Notes: generated by a model not told the origin, from the sequence alone. 64,000 nt of DNA from Polymyxa betae A26-41 (GCA_003693705.1 RBZT01000696.1:4232-68231); one strand, 5' to 3'; positions 25,086 to 36,997 are shown, counted from the stretch's first letter. Numbers and translations are program-made.

Positions 25086-25579
25086 AAAATCCAAGTTCAA
25101 GGATTTTTTGATTTTTTTTTTTGCAATTGGGCATCGCTGTTGCAACGAGAGGCCCACATACCTTTTTGCATGAGGCTCTTTCTGACCATCGTCACCTGCC
25201 ATGAAGACGAGACCGAGGCTGTCTCATGGATCCAGCTCGAAAGCCAACCGTCATCGACAATTGCGTTTTGGTTCTTTTTCATGGCTGTTACATTCTTCAG
25301 GATATCTGACGCTAAGACTCACCAAATCAACGTTAAGCTCCTACTCTGAGCAGGCTCAGCCGTTCAAAATGAACAAAATGTTGGACTAGGTTGGCCCTAG
25401 GGTTTGTTCACAGTGAGGGCTGCCGCTGGACGACCCAAAGGTCACCACTGTCTTACTGTGGATCCGTTCCGAAAGCCCGCGGACTTGTTGGATGGCACTG
25501 AGGCCCCGATGGGATCAATCAACAGTTGGTCAATCATTGTCAATCTGATTGCCCGCTCGCCTGCCTCAGTCTCCCTATC

Positions 25580-26401
25580 ATGTCCGCCCGTACCTTCGTC
25601 GCGCTTGCTCTGCTTTCGCTCAGCCGCGCCATCGCCATCGCTCAGGAGACTCCCGACGCCTATCTGTCCGAGAATCTCGCCAACACATCGGTCAGGTTCG
25701 GGCCTCACAGCCTCATCCGCCAGGCGATCCTCAACCACGTCCACCAATCCTTTCATAACAGCGGCCTCGTCCTCACCATCCTCTCGGACCTCGCGTCGTT
25801 CGCTCGCTTCTTCCTACTTTTCGAAAGTGAAGAGCGGTGGTTGCCGCCGTGCTTCCCCATCGCGAATCCGGAACGCCTTTCGCTTGTGTTCCAGCAGAGT
25901 CTGGACGAGATCGTGACTACTCTGTCGAGGCCGCACCTGGACTCCTTTCTGGCCACGTTCCTGGGAAAGCGCCAGTTCCTGTCGCAGGGCAGCCTGTTCG
26001 ACGCCACCCGGATTCAGATTCAAGAGTTCGCGCTGCTCCGTCAAAACGTGGACTTTCTGCTACGGACGCTGCCACTAAAGCTCAGCTTTGGTTTCACCCA
26101 ACCTCTTCAGCGAAGTCGAATAAGGCAGGTCAAGTACAAGCTTGTAGAGCTCGAGGAAAAATGGAAACAATTGTCAAGGCGATTCAGCAGTTTGGTGACG
26201 ATCATATACGACACCGAGCTCTCGGATGTTTGGAAAGAGGACGTGAAGTCTTTCAAGAAGTGTCTGGTGGAGACATTGTGGGAGTTTGTTGTGTTGGTAC
26301 AGCGGCTGAAGGCGCTGCCACAGAATATGCGGGAGACTTTTCTGCCGACAGTTGCTGGTTCGCCTGTCACTGAAACCCCAAAACCCGAACCCTTGTTGTA
26401 A
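25580..26401 (+). CDS. Secreted alpha-helical orphan protein (273 aa)
   Basis: Signal-like MSARTFVALALLSLSRAIAIA; intronless ORF; AATAAA after the stop. Confidence 0.7.
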   Translation: MSARTFVALALLSLSRAIAIAQETPDAYLSENLANTSVRFGPHSLIRQAILNHVHQSFHNSGLVLTILSDLASFARFFLLFESEERWLPPCFPIANPERLSLVFQQSLDEIVTTLSRPHLDSFLATFLGKRQFLSQGSLFDATRIQIQEFALLRQNVDFLLRTLPLKLSFGFTQPLQRSRIRQVKYKLVELEEKWKQLSRRFSSLVTIIYDTELSDVWKEDVKSFKKCLVETLWEFVVLVQRLKALPQNMRETFLPTVAGSPVTETPKPEPLL

Positions 26402-26917
26402 ATGTTTACTGAATCAATAAATGTCTTCGCCTGCTGTCCCAACACGATACGACAAAACCCTAACCCTGTTAATATGTAACTGCCCATCTCTTTCATTAGT
26501 CGTAGCATCGCACTGGGCGGAAGCCCCCCATGTAGTATAGTCCGGTCTTCATCACTCAGGAATTCGTCAGGCCAAAAACAGCCTCCAGCTCGTTGTTTTG
26601 AGCGATGTCACAATTTATTTATAACTTCACACAGATGGTTCTAAATGCATGACTACGCCTTAGCTTAGCTTTGCCTGGACGCAATTAGAGATGCTCTAAC
26701 TGTTGATCATGGAAAACAAACATGAATCGTAATTCTTCCTGGAATCTTCATGATGACGCTTCGGGGCCAGTACGACCACCACACGCTTCCAGCCACCAAC
26801 TCTGTAGAGCACACCAGGCTTGGAATCCGCTGGCAGTCTGGAGTCATAAGCGATATGAGAGAGCCAGATCTAGAAGTTAGCAGCATTCCATATTGTATAA
26901 ATGCTGCAGTCTCCAGC

Positions 26918-26953
26918 AGAACCCTAAAACCCTTGAGAACCCTAAAACCCTTG
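26918..26953 (+). repeat. 18-bp direct repeat of telomere-like AGAACCCTAAAACCCTTG
   Basis: Two exact copies about 20 nt downstream of TATAAA (26896). Confidence 0.8.
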
Positions 26954-27119
26954 GGTTTGTTCAAACTGCCACACGGCGAAATTTTGCAATGAGAGTTATA
27001 TATTGCGGGTCCATATTAATAAATGATGCTGTCGCGGTCTTGATGGGTATTCCATCGGAAGCTGTAGATAGAGGCACATCTTGTGTCGGATAAATAAACA
27101 ATCATTGTGATATTGGCTT

Positions 27120-27581
27120 TCACCGGTTGAGAGGTTGACGATTGCGCGGCGAGAGAGTCTTCCGGGCCATTTTCTGGAACTGCAGATCAAGCTGGGCGAT
27201 CGCTTTCCGGCTGCGGCGTTTGCGTCCGGGCTGCTGACGGTTCGTCTGGTCGCAGAGTCCGGCGGTCGCCGCCGCCCGACGATCCAGTATGACGCATAAA
27301 TTCTCCAGGAACTGGACCGGATTATCCGGGCCCAGATTCGCGATCTGATCGGGACGCGGGGGCGGCGCCGGACACCGCAGCTGGGCCAGGATGGAGGCGG
27401 CGCGCAAGGCCGGGTCGCCGGGCGCCACCAGGGCCAGCAGGAGGTCGGCGACGGCGCCGGAGTCCGAGACGCGGGAGCGGACTTCGCCCAGAGCCCGGAC
27501 CAGGGCCGCGTCCTCGCTGCCCCACATGCACTTAATGTGGAGGGCAGACAGGGAGGACACGATCCGAGGCCGCGCCGTCAC
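27120..27581 (-). CDS. Hypothetical protein with basic NLS-like RKRRSRK
   Basis: GC-rich ORF with coding-like composition; the start is uncertain. Confidence 0.45.
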   Translation of the reverse strand: MTARPRIVSSLSALHIKCMWGSEDAALVRALGEVRSRVSDSGAVADLLLALVAPGDPALRAASILAQLRCPAPPPRPDQIANLGPDNPVQFLENLCVILDRRAAATAGLCDQTNRQQPGRKRRSRKAIAQLDLQFQKMARKTLSPRNRQPLNR

Positions 27582-27704
27582 ATGACGGTCGTCACAGAGA
27601 GGCGGGTCGCGCCCTGTCTGAGAGTGGCCCTCTGACTGAAGCCAACAGTGTGAATAACGTTGCTCACATTTGCAGATGCTTCCAGATCAGCGTGAATTGA
27701 AGTC

Positions 27705-28157
27705 TCAGGACATCGAAACATATCGTTTGGCGATCTTTCTCCATACACCAATTTCAAGCGAGTCTTTGCCCGAGATGACGAACCGATTTCAGGTGCGAGA
27801 ATTTATCCACCCAGGTGTTGAATAGATCATCTCATCGTCTTTGATGGTTCGCGTTGATATCCGGTCAGCATGGCTTCCAGATGCCTAACGCAAGATGGTG
27901 GCAAACTGCCCATCCCGATTACCTTTACCGAACGTGACCATCCTGGCGAACTTGCTTGGCTTGGTTTGAAGGACTTCGGCTTCCAAATCTTTCCCGATGG
28001 CGTTCGTACAGCCGTGTAATGTCTTCGGCAGGTTATAGGCTCGAGCGAAGAGCAGGGAATAGAGATGGTTGAGATCGGCTTCCGACTCCCGCCCTCAAAG
28101 AACGCCACGCAGTGGCCTGTTGCCAAGACTGTCGGAAGCCATAGCAAGCTTCAGCGC
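27705..28157 (-). pseudogene. Decayed paralogue of the BTB-BACK gene at 13825
   Basis: LLFARAYNLPKTLHGCTNAIG...FARMV...DGQFATILR*ASGSHA aligns with LFFARDYNLPDTQQACLNAIG...FLQMV...DLQFSTIMRYTSRSHA. Has in-frame TGA and TAG and a frameshift. Confidence 0.75.
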
Positions 28158-28207
28158 TAACCAATCTGTGTATGCCACTTCTAATAAATGGCGACCTCAG
28201 ATTGCAT

Positions 28208-28280
28208 CCGCGTGTACGTCAGAGGTTAGACTGCCAAGCTTCTAACTTGGAGGTCGGGGGTTCGACTCCCTCCTCGCGGG
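28208..28280 (+). tRNA. tRNA-Arg(TCT), atypical
   Basis: CCGCGTG TA CGTC AGAGGTTA GACT G CCAAG CTTCTAA CTTGG AGGTC GGGGG TTCGACT CCCTC CTCGCGG G, followed by T7. Confidence 0.8.
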
Positions 28281-28427
28281 CTGTCTTTTTTTCCCGATCG
28301 AAACTCTTCTCACTCACCGAGCCATTCCCCAGGTACTGCTCGTTGTTAATTCGAGATGACTGAGGGGTAGGTGAAACCCTAACCCTGGTTTTGTGTTTAT
28401 GAAAACCAACACCACATCTGATTGTTG

Positions 28428-28640
28428 TCAGAACTGGCTGCGACCCTTCATAGCTCCTTTGGCAGAGACCAACTGCAGTCGTGTCAAACGCAGCTGCAAC
28501 ATGCGCAACGTCGCCTGAATCGAGGCCTGCGTCTGCTGCTCCCAGTCGGCCAGATCCCGGTTGATCGCGTCGATCTCGGCCTGCAGCGTCATTGGTCCGT
28601 AGCGGCAGCGGGCGGCGTATCGGCCCTCGACCAGATCCAT
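28428..28640 (-). CDS. Small coiled-coil hypothetical protein
   Basis: 70-aa ORF with heptad-like LQAEIDAINRDLADWEQQ. Confidence 0.4.
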   Translation of the reverse strand: MDLVEGRYAARCRYGPMTLQAEIDAINRDLADWEQQTQASIQATLRMLQLRLTRLQLVSAKGAMKGRSQF

Positions 28641-28862
28641 CTCCTCAATAATCGAATTGATGAATGATCAGCCACGTCTGGTGCGGAATTCGTTCGCCGG
28701 GGCGCAACCTCGACCGAGAGTCGCCGGTCGGTCGTACTGCCCCCCCCCCTTTGACCATTCCCTGTGACCATCAGGCGGTGATCGGAACATGGAGGAGGCG
28801 TTCGTCAGTTCGGTCGGCGGACGAATCCGCCATCAGTTTCCCATCGACCTGTGGCCGGCGGC

Positions 28863-29066
28863 ATGGATAGGAATGACGCCGACGACGCCAGGATCGGGAC
28901 CAGTACGACGACGACCGAGTTGCCGCCGACGCCGCAGCCGCCGGCGCTGGATTGCGCCCGGCTTCTTCTGACTCGACGCCGCCGCTTAATGAACGCGATC
29001 ATCGCCGCCTTACGACCGGATCGGGGTCGCCCACCGGTTGCCGACGAATTAAACCCTAAACCCTAG
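28863..29066 (+). CDS. Small hypothetical protein
   Basis: GC-rich ORF ending in telomere-type repeats (LNPKP*). Confidence 0.3.
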   Translation: MDRNDADDARIGTSTTTTELPPTPQPPALDCARLLLTRRRRLMNAIIAALRPDRGRPPVADELNPKP

Positions 29067-29364
29067 CACCAGTGCCATCCATGTCTAATACAGACTGAGT
29101 CATCCAATGATAGTTGATGAGAATATGTAAGTAGAGATTATTAAGGAATCTGTCATATATGGCTTAAATCTGTATTAAATAGGCGCTTAACTGCACTGGC
29201 ATGCGTCGTACCGTTCCGCGTCATCCACGATGACGTAACGTTAACGATTCGCTTAGTCCGACTGTCAGCCATTAGCACTTCATTGACCCCGATAATTTGT
29301 CGTGCGAAACTTTCAAAAATTCGGAAATTTTCAAGAAATAAACCAGAAAACGAGCAATGAAATC

Positions 29365-29622
29365 TTAATATAGGCAGTTACCAAGATCGAGTAGATATCT
29401 GGTGCCAGCCGCTACAACCAGGCCCAGTAACGCTAATAAGGTCGAGGCGCCCATCACCATAAACGTTACGGCGGTCAGGCTGACTGCGGTGCTCTGGCCG
29501 CCGCTCAGTGCCAATCCGAACGCCATGAAGGCGCAGCTCAGGGCGGCGCACAGCACGCCCGCCGTCACGGTCAAGTACGGCTGCCGATGACACCACGCCC
29601 GACTCGTCACTGTCATGCTCAT
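29365..29622 (-). CDS. Small two-TM protein
   Basis: Two hydrophobic helices; GC-rich codons. Confidence 0.5.
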   Translation of the reverse strand: MSMTVTSRAWCHRQPYLTVTAGVLCAALSCAFMAFGLALSGGQSTAVSLTAVTFMVMGASTLLALLGLVVAAGTRYLLDLGNCLY

Positions 29623-29855
29623 CAACTGGTATGAACATCGCCCGAACAATCGCCGATTTCCACGTAACGTTGCCGCTGCGTTTCTGCTACCATCAGATAC
29701 CTATGTTACCGAGAGCCACGTCTCCATCAGGGCCGTATGAGAGCCAACCAAAGAAAGGTGATCGCTTTGGTTTGTTATTCATGTTTGCGTCAGTAAAGTC
29801 AACCAGCTCGGAAACTTCTGTGAGTCTTTAAGAGTGAAGGTTTTTTTTGTGAGTT

Positions 29856-29972
29856 TTTTTTGTCTGCGGGAATTTCTATTTGACATTTTTTGTCTGCGGG
29901 AAGTTTCTATTTGACGTTTTTTGTCTGCTGGAAGTTTCTAGTTAACATTTTTTGTCTGCGGAAAGTTTCTAT
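29856..29972. repeat. 30-31-bp tandem repeat x4
   Basis: Unit ttttttgtctgcgggaagtttctatttgaca. Confidence 0.9.
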
Positions 29973-29992
29973 GGGACTCGGAAAAATATGTT

Positions 29993-30179
29993 TTTGGAAT
30001 TTTTCCAGATTTTTTCAGGTTTTATAAAAATATCAAGATTTTTGAAACTTTTAGCAGTTTTTTGAAGATTCTTGAAGATTGATTTGGAATTTTCCAGATT
30101 TTTTCAGGATAATACAAAGTTTTGGAGATTTTTCAAACTTTTAGCTGGTTTTTGGAAGATTCTTGAGGATTGATTTGAA
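29993..30179. repeat. ~91-bp T-rich tandem duplication
   Basis: tttggaatttt(t)ccagattttttcagg...aaacttttagc...gaagattcttga.gattga occurs twice. Confidence 0.85.
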
Positions 30180-30293
30180 CTTTTTCAATAAGTCAGATAG
30201 ATGAGTCAACATCGGAGAGCAGTGGAGTCAAGTTTGTGTTTGACCTGAGCGCCGTCCTGACATTTCATTTCGGTTTCATTCCTAACTTATCTT

Positions 30294-33200
30294 ATGTCAG
30301 CCCGTTTAATTTATTCCAGCGGCGTCGCTGCCCTGGTCATGTTCTATTTAATCCCCGCCCTGACGCTGGCAGACGCCGACGCCGACTGCGCCGACGACCT
30401 CAATCGGGTCGTGATCAGCGGCGGCATCTCCGAACCTACCGTTACCGGTCTACTCAAGTCGCTGGCGCAGCCCGCTTCTGTTACCATTAAGCAATCAAAC
30501 CCGGCTGTCAACCGTGTCGTTGTGCGTGGCGGGATCTCCGACCCGCCTGTGGACTACAATCACGTCACGGTCACGGATTACAATCGTGTAACAGTCACGG
30601 ACCCCAACACCCCAATCAGTGTGCCCATCACAACCTGGACCAAACATCCACAAACGCCTTCGCCGCAGCAGCGCCGTAACGTGGCCGGTTATGGCGCTTC
30701 TACCAAACACCGTAACGTTATTTTCGTTACGACCGATGTCCCCACTGATTTACGTTCTGCAGAGCGCTACATCGCCATTGGCGGTCATGGCGTGCTGCCG
30801 CAAGATGCGCAGAGTAACGTTGCCACAGATGCGGATCGTAACGAGGCCAAGCTGTACGGTCATGCCGTAACTGGCGGCCAGGATGTCTTCGCTTCGCAAG
30901 ATGCGCAGACCGCAAATGCCGCGAGTCTACAGACGAAGCTGTATGCCGATGTCATTCCTGGCGGCCAAGACGTTTTCGCGCCATCACAGGATTCTCTGCG
31001 TAATGCCGCTCTGGACACGGAGCGTAACGTTGCAGACCTGTATCAGCATGCCGCAACCGGCAGCCAAGATGTTCTCGTTCTATCGACGCCCTGGAAAGAG
31101 AGTCACGTTGCTCGAGACACGGAGCGTAACGTTGCGAAACTGTACGCGCATAACGATAGCTCACAGCAGTATGCGGATTACGTTTCAACTTTTACTCAGA
31201 ATTGACATATGATTAGGGGAGTCTGGCCGCAGCCACCTGTAACATCAATCGGCCTTGGCAGCATCGATAACGTGAACATCACGGAATTATTCGGCCAAAT
31301 CTCCAACGACATTCCTGTCAACGACGTCAGCGCCAGTGACGTTACCGCATCGCCTTACGTTACCGCATCGCCGTCACTTGGCCCTGTTGCAGGCAATGCC
31401 GCAACGGGCAGCCCCGGGTCCAGCCCCAACGCCGCCAACAACGTGGACTCGCAACAACAGCCCGGCAACGTTACCGTGGGTAACGTGTCCAGTCCAAGCT
31501 CGAAATCATCCTCCATGAGCAACGGCATGCCCGCAACCGTCACGATGCTGTCCGTGGCGCCCGATTCCACCACCACTATTACGATACAGCCCAGTGCTAA
31601 CGTTACATCCTGTATGATCATTGTGCAACCCGGGCTGGAGACCATGCTCACCAATGTCGTCTTCGAATACGGCCTGATCACGTTACAGTTCGCGTCCGGC
31701 ATCGGCCACGTCGCCCAGTTGCCCACGTTGCCGTCGAACATTACGCTGATCGTGGAACGGGCGTCGCCGAGCGTGACAACATCGATTCTGTGTTCATGCC
31801 CAAGCTCGAGCATTGTGATCCGACCGGGTAACGTAATCGATACGATTACCACAGCCACTGCCAACGATACACTGAAGATCGACCTGGTCGTCAAAGAGAC
31901 GTCTCTGTTCGCTTCTATGCTGGGCGCGACCCGCCCTGATGTAACGTTATCCAATGTCGTCTACAATCGTAACGCAGCCACGTTACCAACGGCAACGTTA
32001 CCTGGGAGCAATTCCGTTCCATCGCTTTCTAGCCTTCAGCAGGAAGGATTTGTGCCGGGGATCAACTCCGTCTCTGGACTGCCTGGTGTTTCGTTACAGA
32101 CCCCAGTCGGTAACATACCCAACTACGTTTCATCCCTATCGGGGTCACAAAACCAGAATAGCGTTCTACCAGTGATCAATCCCGCAACGAGTATGAGTGG
32201 AGTTTCGTTACAGATCCCGAACATATCCGATTACGTTACATCACAATCTGGCCCTCAAAGTCAATCAAGTCCTTATGCAGGCACGATATTGAGCCAGCAG
32301 ATGCTGTCCCCGTTCTCTGGAGCTTCGTTACAGAATGTAACGGCAAGTAACATATCCGGATTGCTGAACACCGCCTCTTTCGTTACGTCATCGTCCGGTT
32401 CTCAGGATCTCTCAACTCCAAATGCTAACTCACCAAACGTTCTGGTTGGAAATCCCCCAGGCATCCTAGGGGCTATGTTACAGAATAATGTTACATCACC
32501 AACGAGTGGGGCCTCCGTTGCTGTTACGTCAAGTCCCGGTCTTCCACTGAACCAGTTCATCTCCACACCAAACGTTACAGCTGCGAACGACACGTTGATG
32601 AGCGTTACCGCAAATACTACAACGTTACCCAGCATAAACAACACCACTGGTACATTTCCGAGCGATTCTTCAAACAATGTTACGTTACCAGATGATCGCA
32701 CTAACCTGATCTCCACTGCTAACGTTACCTCCAACGTTACGTTACCCGTCGCCAACAACAATTCTGGATCATCGACGATGAGCAATTCATCAACCAGCAA
32801 TGTTACGCTGTCTGATGTTACCAACAGTACTGGGCCATCTGCGAACGACGCGGAGAGTAACGATACCACCAATGTTACATTACCCATCATCGGGAACACC
32901 ACGGTGCCATCGACGAACAATTCTATAGGCAACGTTTCGTTACCTAATACTGTGTCATCGATCAGCAACACGCCGTCTAATGTTACGTTCAATGCGTCGT
33001 TACCAATCGCCACTGCTGTACCATCGATGAACACGTCATCGAGCAATGTTACCATCAGCAAGGTTACATCACCTGATTTTAGTAACATCACTTTGCCGGC
33101 GACGAGCAACACTGTACCCGATGTTAACAGTTCTGCTGTGCCATCGCTGAACGACACGTCACCAGAGGCTAACGATACAGACCTGACCACAACGAGCACC

Positions 33201-35561
33201 GTCGCAGGCAATGTTATGTTACCGAATGGCACCAACTCCGCTGTGCCATCGACGAGGAACACTACGAGCAATGTTTCATTACGTGACGGTACCAACACTC
33301 TGTCCATGAACAACTTCTCGAACAGTATGTTACCAAATGATACCAACCCTGCTGCTGAGCCATCATCATTGGGCAACTTGCCGAGTAACGCTACTCTTGG
33401 CAACGTTACCAACACCGCTGGACCATCAAGCAGCAACATCACCAACAATGTTTCTTTGCGTAACAATAACAGCTCTGCTGTGCCATCCGTCAGCGACTTC
33501 ACGGCCAATGTTGCGGTACCTAACATTAACAGCTCTGATGTACCATCGGCAAGCGAGTTCACGGCCAATGTTACGTTACCTAACAATAACAGTTCTGCTG
33601 TGCCATCGACAAGCGACTTCACGACCAATGTTACGTTGCCTGAAGTGATCGATACCGCTCCACCATCGATGAATCGCCCCATGGCGAACGTTACGAATCC
33701 TGTAACAAACGTTACCACCCCTAGTGATGAGGCGAACGCCGTAACGCCACGCCAACCATCGGCTAGCAGGCCAACAGTGAACGTTACCGTGCCAGGCATC
33801 AGCGTCAATGGTGGTCGTTCCCCAGCCATTCCATCGCTGCTCAACACGACGGCGAATTCTACGTTACCTAACGTTGACAACGCGACTCTGCCTTCGATGC
33901 AAACGCCGACTGAGGGCAGTACGGCACCTGGCGTTCAGAGTAACGGCCCATCGCCGTTTAATCCATCCATTAGCGGCACGAGGTCGAATGTTACGTTACC
34001 TATCATTAACAACAATGTTACATCGCCATCGATGAGCAGTCCCGCCATTGACGTTGCTGATGATGTCTCCTCACCAGCACCTTCGGTGAACGCCCTCACC
34101 GGCGGTAATAATAGTAACATTACATCGCCATCTCTGCCGTCATTAAACAACAACACGGCGAACGCTGCCGTTCCTAGCGTCGTGTTGTCCAATGCCTCGA
34201 AGCTCTATGCTTCACCGAAGAATCTCGGCTGGAACGTGACCTCACCGGGGGTGACCTTTTCCGGTGGATCCGAATCGGCTCTGACCTTACCTAACGGCAC
34301 GAACTCGGACGTCAGCGTTCCGGTCTCGCATCTGAAGCGCCCAGCTCGCACACCGGTCTCTCTGTTCTCGGGCGGAACAGAATCCAACACGGGACGTAAC
34401 AAAAACGCCACGCATCTCGATCGGCGTCATTTCGCGAACCGTCCGTTGACGGCGCACCCAGGCGACAAACATCTCAAAAGCAAATCGCTGGAGCTACGAA
34501 CATCAACAGGCCGTCCGCATTCTGATGGACCCACGACCGAAGGTGACCAGCGGCCTCTAGAAGATCGCTCATTCCTTGGTGATTTTGGTCAAGAGTCCAA
34601 TATCAAGAGGTTGTTATTGAACGATTCCGCTCCTCATGTAACCAATTCCACCGCTGAAGGCCGCACACCATCTCCAGATCCAGTTATCCCGGCTTCAGTC
34701 CAGCCAGCTGGCAAAAAACGCAACATTACAATCGCTCCAGAATCTGGACCGAACGACCTGCAGCAAAAACACAAGAACCGCGAACGCCGTTCTGATGGAA
34801 AGGCGCCCACAAAAAGTTTGATGCAAGACTTCCTTTCTGTGTTGGGACTCGAGAAGGAGACACCGACGCCTGAGAATAACATCACCATCACACCAGCGCC
34901 AGATAGTGACATTACCAACCCAGTGACAAATGCCACTGTGATTCCAGTGACCAACACCACGACGATTCCCGTCAATTCAGCCAACATCAGCGACGACGGC
35001 CTCCATGAGAAGCTCGTCATCGATAACGCCACCGATTCGTCCACATTGTCCAGCTTGCAAGCAGCGATCAACTCTACAGACGGGAAATCAGCACAGCTGA
35101 CAGACACCACGTCCGGATACAACATGATCTTCGCTTCGACAGCTGCGCCATTGAACGGCGGTCGTACTGGAAATACGAAATCGCATAACAATGTTGATCG
35201 TCACCCTGGTGTTATGACACCCAACAACGACCTCCAAACGCTCTTCTCGACGACCGCACCGCTTTCCGGCAGCCGAACCGGCATCATGACGCCAAACGGC
35301 GATGCTCAGGGCCTATACGGGGCCAAACCAAACAGTAACAATGATCAGGACCAGTACGGCTTGAAACCGATTCAAGGCCTAAATGGGATGAAACCGAATG
35401 ATCGTCAGGGAATGACCCCGCCTAACAGCGATGTGCAGTTGCTGCAGCAGATTCTAGGTCCAGCAGTTACTGTTGCATCCAACGATCAGAAGCCATCGCA
35501 GCCGCAATTCGGACGCCATCGACTGTACGAATCCCATACTGAACCTGGCAAATTATATTAA
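30294..35561 (+). CDS. Large secreted mucin-like Asn/Ser/Thr/Pro-rich protein (~1,740 aa)
   Basis: Signal peptide. Intron 31169-31216 (GTATGC...TTAG) fuses ORFs 30294 and 31209 in frame. Dozens of NxT/S sequons; ~30-aa and 20-aa internal repeats. Confidence 0.85.
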
Positions 35562-35699
35562 ATGCATTCTTAACTATTAACGGGTTGAAAAAAAGTGACT
35601 TCTATAGCTGATAGCAGGCGACTAAAGAAATGATACTGATTTCACATCTGTCACAATGTCAAATATATATAAATATGAACAGATTGCATTCTTGATAGC

Positions 35700-36997
35700 A
35701 GGAACAGCCCAAGTTTTCGAGAAATAGCTCGTCTAGCATTGCTGTCATAGTCGTCAAGCAATAACCCAGTTACTGGTCCATCATTGAGAAGGCAATGTTC
35801 GAGATAGAAATTTGGGCACAGGGCGTGCCTATAGAGCTTGGTTATATACTAGCGTCAGTTGCAGGCAATTATTGTGCCAACCTTGAACATATGCTTGTTC
35901 AGCTCCTCTTCAATCTCGCGGTCTTTTATTCTCTAAATAAACCCGTTAGAAGCAGAGATTACTTGGAAAGAAGAACGTTTGAAAGTTTCGGTTAAGAAGC
36001 AAACGAAAAAGCAATGTTATAAACGTCCTTCAACATAGCATACATCAAATCCCCATAGAAAATAAAACAAAGACATGAGCACCTGAAGCTCGTTTTGTTT
36101 TCTGATACGTTCCTCTTCGGCTAACCGCAGCCGTTCAGCACGTTCGGCCTCAGCTTGCTTTCTTGACGACATAAGCTTGTCGCACTGCATAGAGAAAGGA
36201 GCCTGGACGTTTAAATTCAGAAGTTTGTCAATGAAATTGTTCAGACCTACAAGTTTCGTGACGTTAGCGGGCGAGCCGGGCGGTTTCAAGGATACATTGG
36301 CGCTCTTTCGTCGCAGAGCACTTCCTGCAAATACGCCGGAATTATAGTCGTTGTTCTGGATTTCCGAAGTCGAGACACGGCGCTTGACAAAGCGCGGCAG
36401 TGGTTTCGCCTATCAATCCTGAATATCTGTCCATGTTCTTGAAAAGCAAGAAAAATAGTCTGTCCATGGGCAACAAATGCTAAAAAGGATTATCACAAAG
36501 TCAAAGCTGCGAAGAGCGCAACATATTTATGCAGCATGCATATAAATGGAAAAACTAGCAGTTGAAGGAATACGGAAAGATAGAACTGTTTAACTGACTA
36601 TCAAGGAGAGAGAGGAAAATAATTTCCACGAGAGGCTAATAATAAATTCATAAAAGCTTCAGCATTGGAAAATCTGATCGTTCATACAGCAAAGAAGCAA
36701 AACACATTTCGGCAAAAAAGAGAATAGGATAATCATGAACACCAGAAATAATGATAACCTTAAACTCTGGAACTGGCTCTTCAGCGACAACTTTTTTTGT
36801 CGCTTTCGATCTTCGCAATGTCTCAGGCGAGAAAGAACTTCGAAAGATATGTCAAACAGCGCGGTCTGGCACCTATGCAGTTACCGGGTCGGCTCCGATT
36901 TTGAGTCCTTGATTTTGAACGGAGAGTAATGTCCTCGCCCCAAAGGTCTGGCACGAAATTCGCCCCGATATTCGCTGCTGATTGACGAGGTCGTCAT
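35700..36997 (-). CDS. Hypothetical multi-exon protein with a coiled coil
   Basis: Exon-like segments (RKQAEAERAERLRLAEEERIRKQNELQ) between T-rich introns; boundaries approximate. Confidence 0.4.

Noticed and set aside
31355-35191. Long antisense ORFs (31355, 32402, 34634) and similar ones opposite the lectin gene
   Set aside because: Shadow frames expected from codon bias and repeats of the sense genes.
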